A stretch of DNA of 64,000 nt from an uncultured virus (IMG/VR IMGVR_UViG_3300044972_000796) (IMGVR_UViG_3300044972_000796); one strand, 5' to 3'. Positions 18,198 through 28,156 are shown, numbered from the stretch's first letter. Program-made: numbers and translations. The notes: generated by a model not told the origin, from the letters alone.

Positions 18198-19077
18198 GGT
18201 AACTGGTCGGTGGCCACATCAAAATAGCATCAAGGTTGAATGGAACCTAGGCAAACGATGTAATTATGACTGTAGTTACTGTCCAGCGTCCATACACGAT
18301 AACACAAGCACACATACTGATATAGAAATACTAAAATCAACCATTGATAAATTGATGACTTTAGGCAAGCCTGTACGTCTTAGTTTTACAGGCGGTGAGC
18401 CCACTGTACATCCTAAATTTAAAGAATTGATTCAATATTGTAATCATGTTGGTATCAGTTGGATTAGTGTAACAACTAATGGTACAATGCCATATGAATT
18501 TTACGCTAGTTTAAATGTTGATCAGATAGTGTTTAGTTTGCATTTAGAATATGATTGGCAACGTGTTTACAATACTATGAGTAAAGTTGCAGACTTTACA
18601 AAAATTAAAATTATATCACAGATCATGTGCCATCATGATCACATGCCTGCAGCCTATACACTATTTGCTAGATGTTTAACTGCACACATTCCTGCTACTT
18701 TACGACGCATACGCTGGACTGAAGGTGATCACGATTTGTTTGACGATATGCGTTATCACCCTGATGATTTAAATTGGATTAAAAAACTAGAATCAACTGT
18801 GCAAGGAAACTGTGTAATAGACGATACACAAATAATTCATGCAAACGATGTGATTAAGTTGCATTTAAATAAATTCAAAGACTGGTCTTGTAATGCAGGC
18901 ATTGAAAGCCTAATGATTAATTGGGATGGAGATGTTCACAGAGCAACTTGTCGGGTAGGAGGAAGTTTAGGTAATATATATAAAGGCACATTTTTGCAAC
19001 CTATCGAAGCTATTATTTGTGATAGGAACTTTTGCACATGTGCTGCCGATATACCCTTAACAAAATATAAAATATGA
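18190..19077 (+). CDS. radical SAM/SPASM protein
   Basis: CNYDCSYC, FTGGEP, TTNG, C-terminal CNAG...C...CxxxxCxC; TTG start after AGGAG. Confidence 0.88.
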   Translation: MSKVTGRWPHQNSIKVEWNLGKRCNYDCSYCPASIHDNTSTHTDIEILKSTIDKLMTLGKPVRLSFTGGEPTVHPKFKELIQYCNHVGISWISVTTNGTMPYEFYASLNVDQIVFSLHLEYDWQRVYNTMSKVADFTKIKIISQIMCHHDHMPAAYTLFARCLTAHIPATLRRIRWTEGDHDLFDDMRYHPDDLNWIKKLESTVQGNCVIDDTQIIHANDVIKLHLNKFKDWSCNAGIESLMINWDGDVHRATCRVGGSLGNIYKGTFLQPIEAIICDRNFCTCAADIPLTKYKI

Positions 19078-19544
19078 AATTCTTAAAAAATATTCAAATA
19101 GACCAACGTGCATTAGATTTCATGATGCAAAACACCGGGTCAAAACGTCCTGTATTGCCGCCTGCAAATTATCAAAAAGAAACATGTGAAAAATGGATTG
19201 CAGCTGGATGCGATATTAATCGCTTATACTGGGAATCATTTAGTAGTGACAACTTTCCCTTCACAGTTGATTTGCCCTTTGTTGGAAATTGGTGGTTCAG
19301 CAAGCTATTACCTGGCAATGTATTTCCATATCATCAAGATATATATCCCAGTCTTGAACCTAAAAGCAGATTGTGGATCGCATGCCAGGATTACCAACCA
19401 GGACACTTATTTTCATACGGTGATAAAGTGTTGACTGATTACAAAAAAGGTGATGTTTTTGAATTTGATAGTATCTCAATCTCACACGGTGCCGCAAATT
19501 GTAGTCTCGTACCTAAAATTAGTTTGCAGGTAGTCATTACATGA
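19074..19544 (+). CDS. 2OG-Fe(II) oxygenase-like protein
   Basis: PYHQD ... HGAAN ... KISLQ. Confidence 0.6.
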   Translation: MKFLKNIQIDQRALDFMMQNTGSKRPVLPPANYQKETCEKWIAAGCDINRLYWESFSSDNFPFTVDLPFVGNWWFSKLLPGNVFPYHQDIYPSLEPKSRLWIACQDYQPGHLFSYGDKVLTDYKKGDVFEFDSISISHGAANCSLVPKISLQVVIT

Positions 19545-20368
19545 AAATACAAAATCTTGATCCAAAAAAATATAAAAGATTTTTTGCGTTCGGTTGTAGT
19601 TTTACTAACTACAACTGGCCTACATGGGCAGACATTATAGGTAAAGATATTGAAGTATATGTGAATTGGGGGAAACAAGCAGGCGGCAACTATTTTATAT
19701 TTAATAGTGTTATGGAAGCCGATGCACGTTATAATTTTACCAAAGACGATTTAGTAATTATTTTCTGGACTATCAAAGACCGAGAAGACAGATATTCTGT
19801 TAACGAATGGGTACATTTTTCCCCTTACAACATTGAAGCAAATTATGGTAAAGAATGGACTGAAAAGTATTATTTTGATGACAGACACTATTTAATGCGT
19901 GACCTTACTTTAATTAAAGCAACCCAGCATATTTTAAAAACTAAAGAGTGTGACTGGGCAAATTTATCATGGGGAGAGTTTTTACACAGTGACGATCTAA
20001 AATCTAAATATGATCTTGCTGATAAATCTCAAAAAACAACAATGATGAAAGAATGGAGAGATCAGTGTAAAAAAATATATGGTGGAGGAGAAATTCCAAA
20101 ATATGTTGACAACAATGATATAATAACATTGTATCAATCAGTATTTGATGATTTTAGTGGTGTATATAAATGGTTTCGTACCGAGCGTCTAGACGAAGAA
20201 CGACGTGTTTCTCCAGGAAATGATTTACATCCTATGCCAAGTGAAGCACTGATGTTCTTAGATTGGGTGTGGCCTAACAATTTATTAAGTAGTAACGCTA
20301 GAAACTATGCTAATAATTGGGTTCATTCAAATCACGCAATGACTCGCCCAGTTGTGACTAGACTATAA
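19541..20368 (+). CDS. SGNH hydrolase-like protein
   Basis: FGCSFT, NWGKQAGGN, DLHP. Confidence 0.6.
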   Translation: MKIQNLDPKKYKRFFAFGCSFTNYNWPTWADIIGKDIEVYVNWGKQAGGNYFIFNSVMEADARYNFTKDDLVIIFWTIKDREDRYSVNEWVHFSPYNIEANYGKEWTEKYYFDDRHYLMRDLTLIKATQHILKTKECDWANLSWGEFLHSDDLKSKYDLADKSQKTTMMKEWRDQCKKIYGGGEIPKYVDNNDIITLYQSVFDDFSGVYKWFRTERLDEERRVSPGNDLHPMPSEALMFLDWVWPNNLLSSNARNYANNWVHSNHAMTRPVVTRL

Positions 20369-21148
20369 TTAGTAATGTTGTAAGTGACCTATGCCAATGC
20401 GATTGCGAAATTCTTCTGTAAATGTGCCGTCTACTCTGATGCTAAATGATTGCACATTTGCTCGACCGCCATTGTGCCAATCTTGGTCATTGAAGAACAA
20501 TGCGTGTGATGTGGTTTCAACTTTAGTATCGGTCTCGGGATCCCATATATAAAATGGCTTGCTTATTTTAGTACGTAGGTGTATAAATTCGTGACGGTGA
20601 TCAAAGTATGTAGTTTCGTTGGGATAGATTAAATCTCTATGCAGAGCTGTCAAACCATCGTGCTCTGCTTTGAAAATTATGATGCGACCCATGTGTGTGA
20701 ACACGCTGGGTACTAATTTTTCAAGCCATTGCTTTAATTCAGGAAAATATTTTGTGTCCGTGGTCCATGCCTTTTCTTCAAATCTAGTTTCCCATCCACC
20801 AGATTCGGTTTTAAGGAATATGAATTGATAAGGATCGTACGCACCTAACACTAGTTTTAAATACAACACAAACTGATCTCTGTTTTTCCATTCCCCAATC
20901 TCTCTGCCTATTATTCTAATCTCATGATCTTCTGGCAGTGCAAAGTATTCATCTACCGCTTGAAATGTTGGTTTGATTGTTAATTCGTATGCATCATTAA
21001 ATCCACCTGGGCGAACAATGTTTCCTTCTTTTTTATTTTCAGACAAGACTATGCCCTTACATATTCGGTAATGAAGTTTTTTCAAACCTTCAATATCCAA
21101 AAATGGATCAAGATCAATGTACGGTTGAGAATTTATTCCTTTGATCAT
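20369..21148 (-). CDS. 2OG-Fe(II) oxygenase-like protein
   Basis: LHRD ... FNDQDWHNG ... SIRVDG; paralog of 11115-11834. Confidence 0.55.
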   Translation of the reverse strand: MIKGINSQPYIDLDPFLDIEGLKKLHYRICKGIVLSENKKEGNIVRPGGFNDAYELTIKPTFQAVDEYFALPEDHEIRIIGREIGEWKNRDQFVLYLKLVLGAYDPYQFIFLKTESGGWETRFEEKAWTTDTKYFPELKQWLEKLVPSVFTHMGRIIIFKAEHDGLTALHRDLIYPNETTYFDHRHEFIHLRTKISKPFYIWDPETDTKVETTSHALFFNDQDWHNGGRANVQSFSIRVDGTFTEEFRNRIGIGHLQHY

Positions 21149-21188
21149 AAAAACCTTGCTAAGTATATGTTTAATTATCACTTTAAAC

Positions 21189-21881
21189 ATGACAGATATA
21201 TCAAATTGGAATTATTATTACAACTGGGAAGTTCACCAGAATGTGAGAGCTAACCTTGTTTACACAGCATTGGTAAGTCCTGATAACAAGACATTCTGCA
21301 TGGATTTTAATAGACAGATTGGCTATCATTGTTTCCCTGAAGAAAATGAAGTGTGGACTAAAGAATTGTTAACTCAGAGATTTGAAAGTGAATTAAAATT
21401 TCATGCACTGGCAGGTAAGTGTTTACCAACGCTGAAAATTCAAGATGTGGATACTGATAACCGTCGTATCTTTCTAGAATGGACTGGTAACGATTTCTTA
21501 ATGCAACGAATGGCAAATGAAAATGTGTTACCCAACTGGCAGGATCAGTGGCTGACTCTACTAACCACCATGTGGGACAATAACATTGCCAAGATCAGTA
21601 TTCATCCAAATAGTTGGACAGTTAACGAAGGTCAGCTTGTTCCACTCAACTGGTTCTTTTGCTATCCACTGGATGGTGAGAAAATTAAAATAAGCAGTAT
21701 CCTGATGCAAATAAGCGCACAACGTAAAGACAAACTAGCCGGTGCGTTGGCCACTCTCGGATTTGATTTAGATACATCTTATACAATTAAAGAAATACAA
21801 ACTGTGGCGCTTAATAGTTTTAGAGCAAATTATTCAGCTGAGCTGATAGATAGAGCATTGAATGTTTTACAAAAATATTAA
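21189..21881 (+). CDS. hypothetical protein (possible kinase-like fold)
   Basis: FESELKFH...P.I...IFLEW...SIHPNS loosely resembles an APH/protein kinase. Confidence 0.5.
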   Translation: MTDISNWNYYYNWEVHQNVRANLVYTALVSPDNKTFCMDFNRQIGYHCFPEENEVWTKELLTQRFESELKFHALAGKCLPTLKIQDVDTDNRRIFLEWTGNDFLMQRMANENVLPNWQDQWLTLLTTMWDNNIAKISIHPNSWTVNEGQLVPLNWFFCYPLDGEKIKISSILMQISAQRKDKLAGALATLGFDLDTSYTIKEIQTVALNSFRANYSAELIDRALNVLQKY

Positions 21882-22887
21882 AGAACTACAGATAGAAAAT
21901 ACGTCTATCTGTAATGCGGCATGCCCTATGTGTTTGAGAGAAAATACACCGGATGATAAATCTTGGTTTGAAGAAACATATCTACCTACGAAATTTTTCA
22001 AAGATCGCATACCAGACTATGTTATGCAACAAGTTGAGCGAGTGTTGTTCAATGGAGTACTCGGTGACTCAGCAGCCGCACCAAATTTTATAGATGTGTG
22101 TGATACTGTACTGGCACGAGCACCACAGTGTTACATCACAGTTTCAACCAATGGCGGCCTACGCAATGAAACATTCTGGATCAAACTTGCTGAATCGTTA
22201 AGCACTAAAGGCCGTGTGATATTTGCCATTGACGGCTTGTCAGATACCAATCATGTATACCGTGTGAATGTGGCATGGAACAAAGTAATGAAAAATGCCA
22301 AAGCGTTTATAGATGCAGGTGGCCATGCTGAATGGCAATTTATTACATTCAAGCACAATGAGCATCAAGTTGAGCAAGCAAGGAAACTGTCACTCAGCAT
22401 GGGTTTTAAGAATTTCTTTGTCAAGCCATCGCACAGATTTACACTGTTTGAAATGACTGCACAAACTAAAATTGTGGAGCCGCCATCTCAAGTTATAAAA
22501 TTAATGCCTAGGATAACGTTGTCTCAGTGGCATGACCAAAGTAACCATAGCAAGATCAGTTGTTATGCCAAACACAACAGCACAGTGTATATAGAGTACA
22601 CTGGCAAGCTATTTCCTTGTTGTCCCTTATCATCCAGAAACATGTACAGCAGAACTGTTGACTTTAAAGACGGCTGGGAAATACTATGGGCTGAACATGG
22701 AGACAGCAAAATAAATCTCAAATTACACGATTGGGACAGTATTATGCAAGGTACTTTTTTTCGAGGTGTTCAAGACAGTTGGAACAAAGACTATGCCAAC
22801 GGCAGACTGGCTGCATGTGCAGGAGTTTGCTCTGATAGTGAAATAAAATTTAACGACAAACATGGCAGCAATCAATCTACCCAATAA
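21862..22887 (+). CDS. radical SAM/SPASM protein
   Basis: CNAACPMC, STNGG, AIDGL, FPCC; paralog of 17217-18197. Confidence 0.88.
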   Translation: MFYKNIKELQIENTSICNAACPMCLRENTPDDKSWFEETYLPTKFFKDRIPDYVMQQVERVLFNGVLGDSAAAPNFIDVCDTVLARAPQCYITVSTNGGLRNETFWIKLAESLSTKGRVIFAIDGLSDTNHVYRVNVAWNKVMKNAKAFIDAGGHAEWQFITFKHNEHQVEQARKLSLSMGFKNFFVKPSHRFTLFEMTAQTKIVEPPSQVIKLMPRITLSQWHDQSNHSKISCYAKHNSTVYIEYTGKLFPCCPLSSRNMYSRTVDFKDGWEILWAEHGDSKINLKLHDWDSIMQGTFFRGVQDSWNKDYANGRLAACAGVCSDSEIKFNDKHGSNQSTQ

Positions 22888-23425
22888 CAATTTAACGTTT
22901 GTACATATTCCCAAAAGTGCAGGGTCAAGTGTAGTTGAATGGTTAAGTAGAAATTTTGAGTATGAACGAATTGGCGGACATCCTAACTTGTCAACAATTA
23001 AAGAGTCGTGGAATGTTGGCCGGTCCTTTGCAATTGTTCGTAACCCGTGGGCAAGAATGGTAAGTTCATATTTTTATCTACAACAATATAAGTTTTATTG
23101 GGAAAATAATAACATTAAGTCAATAGATGATTTTCCCACGTGGAATCAGTTTGTTGGTAAACTTGACTATGATACACAGAGTTGGAACTCGTTATCTACT
23201 AACCAGTGTAAATGGATTGAGCCGGGTGTTGACTGGTTGTTCAAAGCTGAAACTCTCTCAACAGATTTTAAAGTGATACAAAATTTACTAAATTGTGAAA
23301 AACCGTTGCCTTATATCAACACCTCAACACACAACGATTATAAAACATACTATACAACTGATCAGAAAAATAAAATAGCAAACATATTTAAAGAAGACAT
23401 CGAGCTATATACTTACACATTTTAA
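22862..23425 (+). CDS. sulfotransferase family 2 protein
   Basis: FVHIPKSAGSS (5'-PSB) and VRNPWARMVSSY (3'-PB). Confidence 0.85.
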   Translation: MAAINLPNNNLTFVHIPKSAGSSVVEWLSRNFEYERIGGHPNLSTIKESWNVGRSFAIVRNPWARMVSSYFYLQQYKFYWENNNIKSIDDFPTWNQFVGKLDYDTQSWNSLSTNQCKWIEPGVDWLFKAETLSTDFKVIQNLLNCEKPLPYINTSTHNDYKTYYTTDQKNKIANIFKEDIELYTYTF

Positions 23426-23427
23426 TA

Positions 23428-24039
23428 TTAACGACCTATTACCATAAAACGTGTGTATAACGGCAGTTCTAGTTCACCTGCCCAAACGATATTGATGCCG
23501 CATTGTTGTTTAAAATGCTCCAAACTGTCTGCTGTACGAATGTGTTCGGGTATGTTATAGTTGTTACCTTGCAACACTAATAAACTGTTATAAGGTATGC
23601 CAGTTTTCCACAAATCAAATTGATCTTGTGTAATGTGTTCGCAACTAGTATTGATTATAATATCGCTGTCACTACGAATAGTACACATATCAGAAGTAAC
23701 TGCTTTAAACTTTCCTTGCATTTCCTCTTTCTTATTCATCATAGTAGCAACAGATTCGCATGTTGAATCTATATCAATGCTGCGAATAGTTGCTACGGGA
23801 ATTCTACTTTGAAATAACATACTGGCCAGCACTCCGACCCATCCGCCGTGTATGTCAATAGCAAAGGGCTTAGGCATTACACAATCAACTTGCGGATGTA
23901 CTGTCATTTCCAATGCATCAATCAACCACTCTTTACTTTTAAGTTGGCCACTCCAAAATGCATCCATGGTTCGCATAGGGTCTTTACTTTGTCTAATGGC
24001 TTGCATCCAGTAGTGTAGGTGCTCAGTATCAATTAACAT
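23428..24039 (-). CDS. class I SAM-dependent methyltransferase-like
   Basis: IHGGWVG, SIDID, DM, IINTSCEH. Confidence 0.65.
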   Translation of the reverse strand: MLIDTEHLHYWMQAIRQSKDPMRTMDAFWSGQLKSKEWLIDALEMTVHPQVDCVMPKPFAIDIHGGWVGVLASMLFQSRIPVATIRSIDIDSTCESVATMMNKKEEMQGKFKAVTSDMCTIRSDSDIIINTSCEHITQDQFDLWKTGIPYNSLLVLQGNNYNIPEHIRTADSLEHFKQQCGINIVWAGELELPLYTRFMVIGR

Positions 24040-25042
24040 GTATCGGTATTATCTTATTCTTTGTTGTAAAATCTATTTTACGTTTGGGCATGTTTGTTTC
24101 AAACCCACACCAGCATCCATTTTGCATACAAATTGCTGGAACAATTTCTGGAGAAAATTTAGCAGTAAAGTCTATGTCGTATATATTATGAACGGTGTTA
24201 TTTTTATATAACAAATTGCTACATACTCCAACAACCGAGCCGTCAATTTTGATTGCAAACCAATCTACTCCTACATTGCACTCCCATCCTTGGAAATTGT
24301 TTAACCGATTTAAAAGGATGTAATTATCTGGCACTTTTTTCTTCTTACCATCAAGTCCGGTAACGTAAGGAATAGTTCGAGGCGTCTTGTTGTTCCACCA
24401 GAACCACAGTGGATTTGCACCCCTTGCTCTAACTTTTCCTATAACTTCCTTTTGTTCATCTGTGTAGTTGACGTCTTTATGAATAATTTCGCCATACCTG
24501 ATAGACCATCGCCGCTTACTTTTCTTATAATATTCTATAGTTTCTAAACATTTGTCCCAGTTTCCCGGATCCATTAGTACAGTAGTAACTCCAATCACAC
24601 CCTGTTCATAGAGTAAATCAAGCAACTCTCTATTGTGTTCTACTTTAGAGAATTGTTGATGATGACTAATCAGCACATAGTCTAAGTAAGGTGCTGCTTC
24701 TCTCCACCACGATAATTTTTTCGAACCGTTGGAAATTAAATTAAAAATACAATTGTAATTTTCTTTGAAGTGTTTTATAAAATCAAGGAAACGAGACCAG
24801 TGTGTAACCTCTCCGCCTAACAGACAAAATTCAAATCGTCTTTTATTAGTGTTTGCAATATAATAATCTAATACGTGAGATAAATTTTTAATCAGCAGAT
24901 CATAGTCAGGCCATTTGTATTCAGCAGCATGCGATTCTGGCCAGCAATACCAACACTGATAGTTACATATATCGCCAACAGAGAAATCTATTCTTAGATA
25001 GTCTTCTGGCCACTTTTGTTCTACTTTTAGTATTGTATTCAT
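24029..25042 (-). CDS. radical SAM/SPASM protein
   Basis: CNYQCWYC, LGGE, ISNG, CNVG...C...CxxxxCxC. Confidence 0.85.
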   Translation of the reverse strand: MNTILKVEQKWPEDYLRIDFSVGDICNYQCWYCWPESHAAEYKWPDYDLLIKNLSHVLDYYIANTNKRRFEFCLLGGEVTHWSRFLDFIKHFKENYNCIFNLISNGSKKLSWWREAAPYLDYVLISHHQQFSKVEHNRELLDLLYEQGVIGVTTVLMDPGNWDKCLETIEYYKKSKRRWSIRYGEIIHKDVNYTDEQKEVIGKVRARGANPLWFWWNNKTPRTIPYVTGLDGKKKKVPDNYILLNRLNNFQGWECNVGVDWFAIKIDGSVVGVCSNLLYKNNTVHNIYDIDFTAKFSPEIVPAICMQNGCWCGFETNMPKRKIDFTTKNKIIPIHVN

Positions 25043-26010
25043 TTGTATTTAGGTATTTTACTATCGGCACTGCTAACACATGTTGGCGTGGAACAAAGTT
25101 TAGGATCTTCGAACAAATTAAATCCTGTTAACACATTGCCTAAAGGAGCATCATGACAACTGTAACTTCTTTTTATTTGATCGCCTCTTATTATAACACT
25201 TTGAAATCCCGAGTTACACTGCCATCCTTTAAACTTATTAAATCCGAATGCGTTGAATCTTTCAGCTTGGTCAAACAAGTATTCCGTATTATTTACATCG
25301 TATAAGGCTATCTGATAAGTCTCTTCACCATCGGAGTGCTGTGGGAATCCAGTTTGCATCGTGTGAATCATTTCATCAGTGTATCCATCTACTAATCTAC
25401 TGGCTGTTGGATCGCTTTGCGGCTTAAGAGTTACATTGATACCACGTGCGGCAAATCTTTCTAGTCTGGTATACAACTCATAAAACTTTTCTGGAACCAT
25501 AACTTGATTTATAGTAACGTGAACGCCATCATACATCAGTTGTAAAATCTTATCGCCAAACTCCTGTTCCTTGGCAAACTCGTCGTGAAAACTAGCTGTT
25601 ATGCTTCTACGTTGTAACATGGAGGTTGCATTGGCCCAACGTTTCCACCAAGCCAAACTAGGACTCAAATTAGTAGTCATATGTACAGTTTGATATGACA
25701 CACCATCGTCTAAGTGATTAGTTAACTCTAGTAGATTTTTATATGCTGTTGGTTCTCCGCCACTGAAACTCCAATGAAATTGATTGAATCCGTTATTGCG
25801 GGCTTGGCGTTTGATTTCGTTAACCACATTTTTATACACGTCAATTGGTTGGTGATCTGGTGTGTCACTTCTGGCATAAGGCCAACAATAACTGCATTTA
25901 TAGTTACAGAATCTTCCCAAAATCCAACTTGTGGAAAACAAACGGTTGACCAACATGGTGCGTTGTCCAAAACGGATAATGTTATCAAATGGAATGGTAG
26001 AATGGCTCAT
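25039..26010 (-). CDS. radical SAM/SPASM protein
   Basis: CNYKCSYC, FSGGEP, TTN, CNSG...SC...C. Confidence 0.88.
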   Translation of the reverse strand: MSHSTIPFDNIIRFGQRTMLVNRLFSTSWILGRFCNYKCSYCWPYARSDTPDHQPIDVYKNVVNEIKRQARNNGFNQFHWSFSGGEPTAYKNLLELTNHLDDGVSYQTVHMTTNLSPSLAWWKRWANATSMLQRRSITASFHDEFAKEQEFGDKILQLMYDGVHVTINQVMVPEKFYELYTRLERFAARGINVTLKPQSDPTASRLVDGYTDEMIHTMQTGFPQHSDGEETYQIALYDVNNTEYLFDQAERFNAFGFNKFKGWQCNSGFQSVIIRGDQIKRSYSCHDAPLGNVLTGFNLFEDPKLCSTPTCVSSADSKIPKYK

Positions 26011-26038
26011 TGACAGTATTTACAAATAAGTATATAAT
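26010..26038 (+). promoter_or_regulatory. sigma70 promoter for the tRNA-like RNA (overlaps a divergent late promoter)
   Basis: TTGACA-17-TATAAT; TAAATA on the minus strand lies within the spacer. Confidence 0.85.
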
Positions 26039-26044
26039 ACAATG

Positions 26045-26162
26045 GTAGACGTGAGTGGAACTTGGTATACCTCCTCCTAGTAAGCTGACCCCCAGCTGAA
26101 CGGAGGGAACTGGGCTAGGCTATTAGCTGCCTTTGTAGGTTCGAATCCTACCGTCTACACCA
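26045..26162 (+). tRNA. atypical tRNA-like RNA (Leu-type scaffold, 24-nt expanded anticodon loop)
   Basis: GTAGACG/CGTCTAC-A-CCA, T arm GTAGG-TTCGAAT-CCTAC, D loop GGAACTTGGTATAC, long variable arm; the CCTCC/GGAGG stem encloses an extra hairpin. Confidence 0.75.
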
Positions 26163-26191
26163 TTTTAACACACAGGCACAGAAAGTTATAT

Positions 26192-26548
26192 ATGAAAAAG
26201 GCAATTGTTACACTAGCAACATTGTTGTCGCTATCTGCATTGGCAGAAACACCTTACGATAAATTCAATGTAGTTGACGAAACAACCATGAATGCAAAAC
26301 ATTTTACTCTCAAATCGACAATTGAGTGGGTGTTTACAAAGGACGTTAACGGGCTATGTGAGTGGGAGGCAAAGCGACGTGGCACAAAACCGTTCAACGT
26401 CGGAAAAAAGATCATGGATGGATGTGCATTCTGGAACAAGGACGAAAAAGGTAACGATGTGTGCATGGTTATTACCAATATTAAAACTGATTACTGGACT
26501 CTTGGACACGAAGTCCGACATTGCTTCCACGGAGGATTTCATAAATGA
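26192..26548 (+). CDS. secreted protein with HExxH motif
   Basis: Signal peptide MKKAIV...ALA; GHEVRHC. Confidence 0.65.
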   Translation: MKKAIVTLATLLSLSALAETPYDKFNVVDETTMNAKHFTLKSTIEWVFTKDVNGLCEWEAKRRGTKPFNVGKKIMDGCAFWNKDEKGNDVCMVITNIKTDYWTLGHEVRHCFHGGFHK

Positions 26549-27081
26549 AAAAAGTAGCAAGTAGCCCAGAACGGCATACCTTTCAAAAAGAAGGGTATAT
26601 CAAGCGTTGCGAGGAAAAGGGAGAAGTACCTAATCCCGACTATGTTCAAATGTACGAAACTTGGCGGGAACAAGAAGCAGCGGCTATTGTAGATCCCAAG
26701 TGGCAAAAGAACAACATGGAATACGATTTGCGTAGTAGCAAAGAAATGTGTGACAAAGTTAAAGCCAGCAATGCTTATGCTCAAAACTTGTATGCCGCTA
26801 TGTGTAACATGACTTGGCAAAGTCGTGAGTTTTGGCAAGAGCTAAAATGCGAAACTTGGTCATGCAGTTGGCGGCATAGTGGCGGCATCATTTCTGACAT
26901 GCAGGAAAAAGGTGACTATATTGATTGGTACTGTAGTGGTATAGGTAATGCAGAATTAGGCAACGGCCTAACCGGTGCCAATGGTGCTGGATATGTACCA
27001 GAAGGTACTGTTACTGAAGAAATTGAATTGGACTTGAACCGTTTAGGTTGGAGATCAGTTCCTTATAGTGTTAATGAATAA
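26545..27081 (+). CDS. hypothetical protein
   Basis: ORF with GGAGG RBS, coupled to upstream gene. Confidence 0.75.
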   Translation: MKKVASSPERHTFQKEGYIKRCEEKGEVPNPDYVQMYETWREQEAAAIVDPKWQKNNMEYDLRSSKEMCDKVKASNAYAQNLYAAMCNMTWQSREFWQELKCETWSCSWRHSGGIISDMQEKGDYIDWYCSGIGNAELGNGLTGANGAGYVPEGTVTEEIELDLNRLGWRSVPYSVNE

Positions 27082-27096
27082 CAGAGTAAATACACA

Positions 27097-27267
27097 ATGG
27101 AAAAACTAATATTTAATGTGGAAGATATATTTGAAGACATCCCTGGAGATCCGGACAATGTTATTATGAAAATTCCTCCAGAGATTCTCGAACGTAATGG
27201 ATGGAACACAGGCGATACACTAAACATTGAAATTGAAGACGGTGCAATCGTCATAAGCAAAGTATAA
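27097..27267 (+). CDS. AbrB/MazE-like small DNA-binding protein (56 aa, not in ORF track)
   Basis: IMKIPPEILERNGWNTGDTLNIEIEDGAIVISK swapped-hairpin pattern. Confidence 0.7.
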   Translation: MEKLIFNVEDIFEDIPGDPDNVIMKIPPEILERNGWNTGDTLNIEIEDGAIVISKV

Positions 27268-27485
27268 TGGCAAAAGACGATATTATTGAATTGACGGGTT
27301 CGGTCGAAGAGGTATTGCCAGGAAGTATGTTCAGGGTGAAGGTAGCAAACATTCCCAACACACTGCTTTGCTACATGGGCGGAAGACTCAAACAACATAA
27401 AATTAGAATCATATTGGGTGACAATGTTAAAATAGAAGTTAGCCCATATGATTTATCCAAAGGCAGAATCGTATTTAGGTTGTAA
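27267..27485 (+). CDS. infA: translation initiation factor IF-1
   Basis: MAKDDIIELTGSVEEVLP...GRLKQHKIRIILGDNVKIEVSPYDLSKGRIVFR. Confidence 0.95.
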   Translation: MAKDDIIELTGSVEEVLPGSMFRVKVANIPNTLLCYMGGRLKQHKIRIILGDNVKIEVSPYDLSKGRIVFRL

Positions 27486-27487
27486 TC

Positions 27488-28156
27488 ATGAATAGCATAA
27501 TGGAAACAGTTTGCTGGGTTTGTATGCAAGTTAAACTTAAAAGTAAACCTGGCATCAGTTTCCAAAATTTGCTAACTTTATTACGCAGACAATTTCGTCA
27601 TCAAGGCTTTGGTCTCAGCATCAAAAGCAAACGTGATAAGTTTTTAGATTCTGAAGAATTTTATGTCAATGCATATTATGATGCTGAAGACGATTGCAAT
27701 GGTGAGATTCCTATAGAAGTTGTTGTGCATCATAACTTTGATAAAGATGTTGTATGGGATCAAAAACATGCCACTGAATTTCTAATTCAAATATTTGATG
27801 CAGTTGTACACGAATACAAGCATCAGCGTCAAAGTGTCAAGAGAAAATATCAAACATACGTAGCACATACTCGATCCCCGTATAATCAATATCTTGCAGA
27901 TCCAGATGAAGTAGATGCATATGCAGTTTCAATTGCAATCGAACTTTGTAGAAATTTGGGCAAGTACAGGGCATTACGATACATGGGAAAGTTTAGTAGC
28001 TTGTCCAGACTCAAGTTCAACGGCAGATATGTTAGCCCGTGTTTGGCATCATATTTTGGTGCATTTGGAAATTTGCCCAATCCAGTGCTAAAGCGTTTAG
28101 CCAAAAAGATCTATGTACGGTTACAAAAGGTTGACACGGACGTACTTTTCCTGTAA
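27488..28156 (+). CDS. hypothetical protein with HExxH motif
   Basis: VHEYKHQRQ ... DEVDAYA; paralog of 36867-37592. Confidence 0.7.
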   Translation: MNSIMETVCWVCMQVKLKSKPGISFQNLLTLLRRQFRHQGFGLSIKSKRDKFLDSEEFYVNAYYDAEDDCNGEIPIEVVVHHNFDKDVVWDQKHATEFLIQIFDAVVHEYKHQRQSVKRKYQTYVAHTRSPYNQYLADPDEVDAYAVSIAIELCRNLGKYRALRYMGKFSSLSRLKFNGRYVSPCLASYFGAFGNLPNPVLKRLAKKIYVRLQKVDTDVLFL

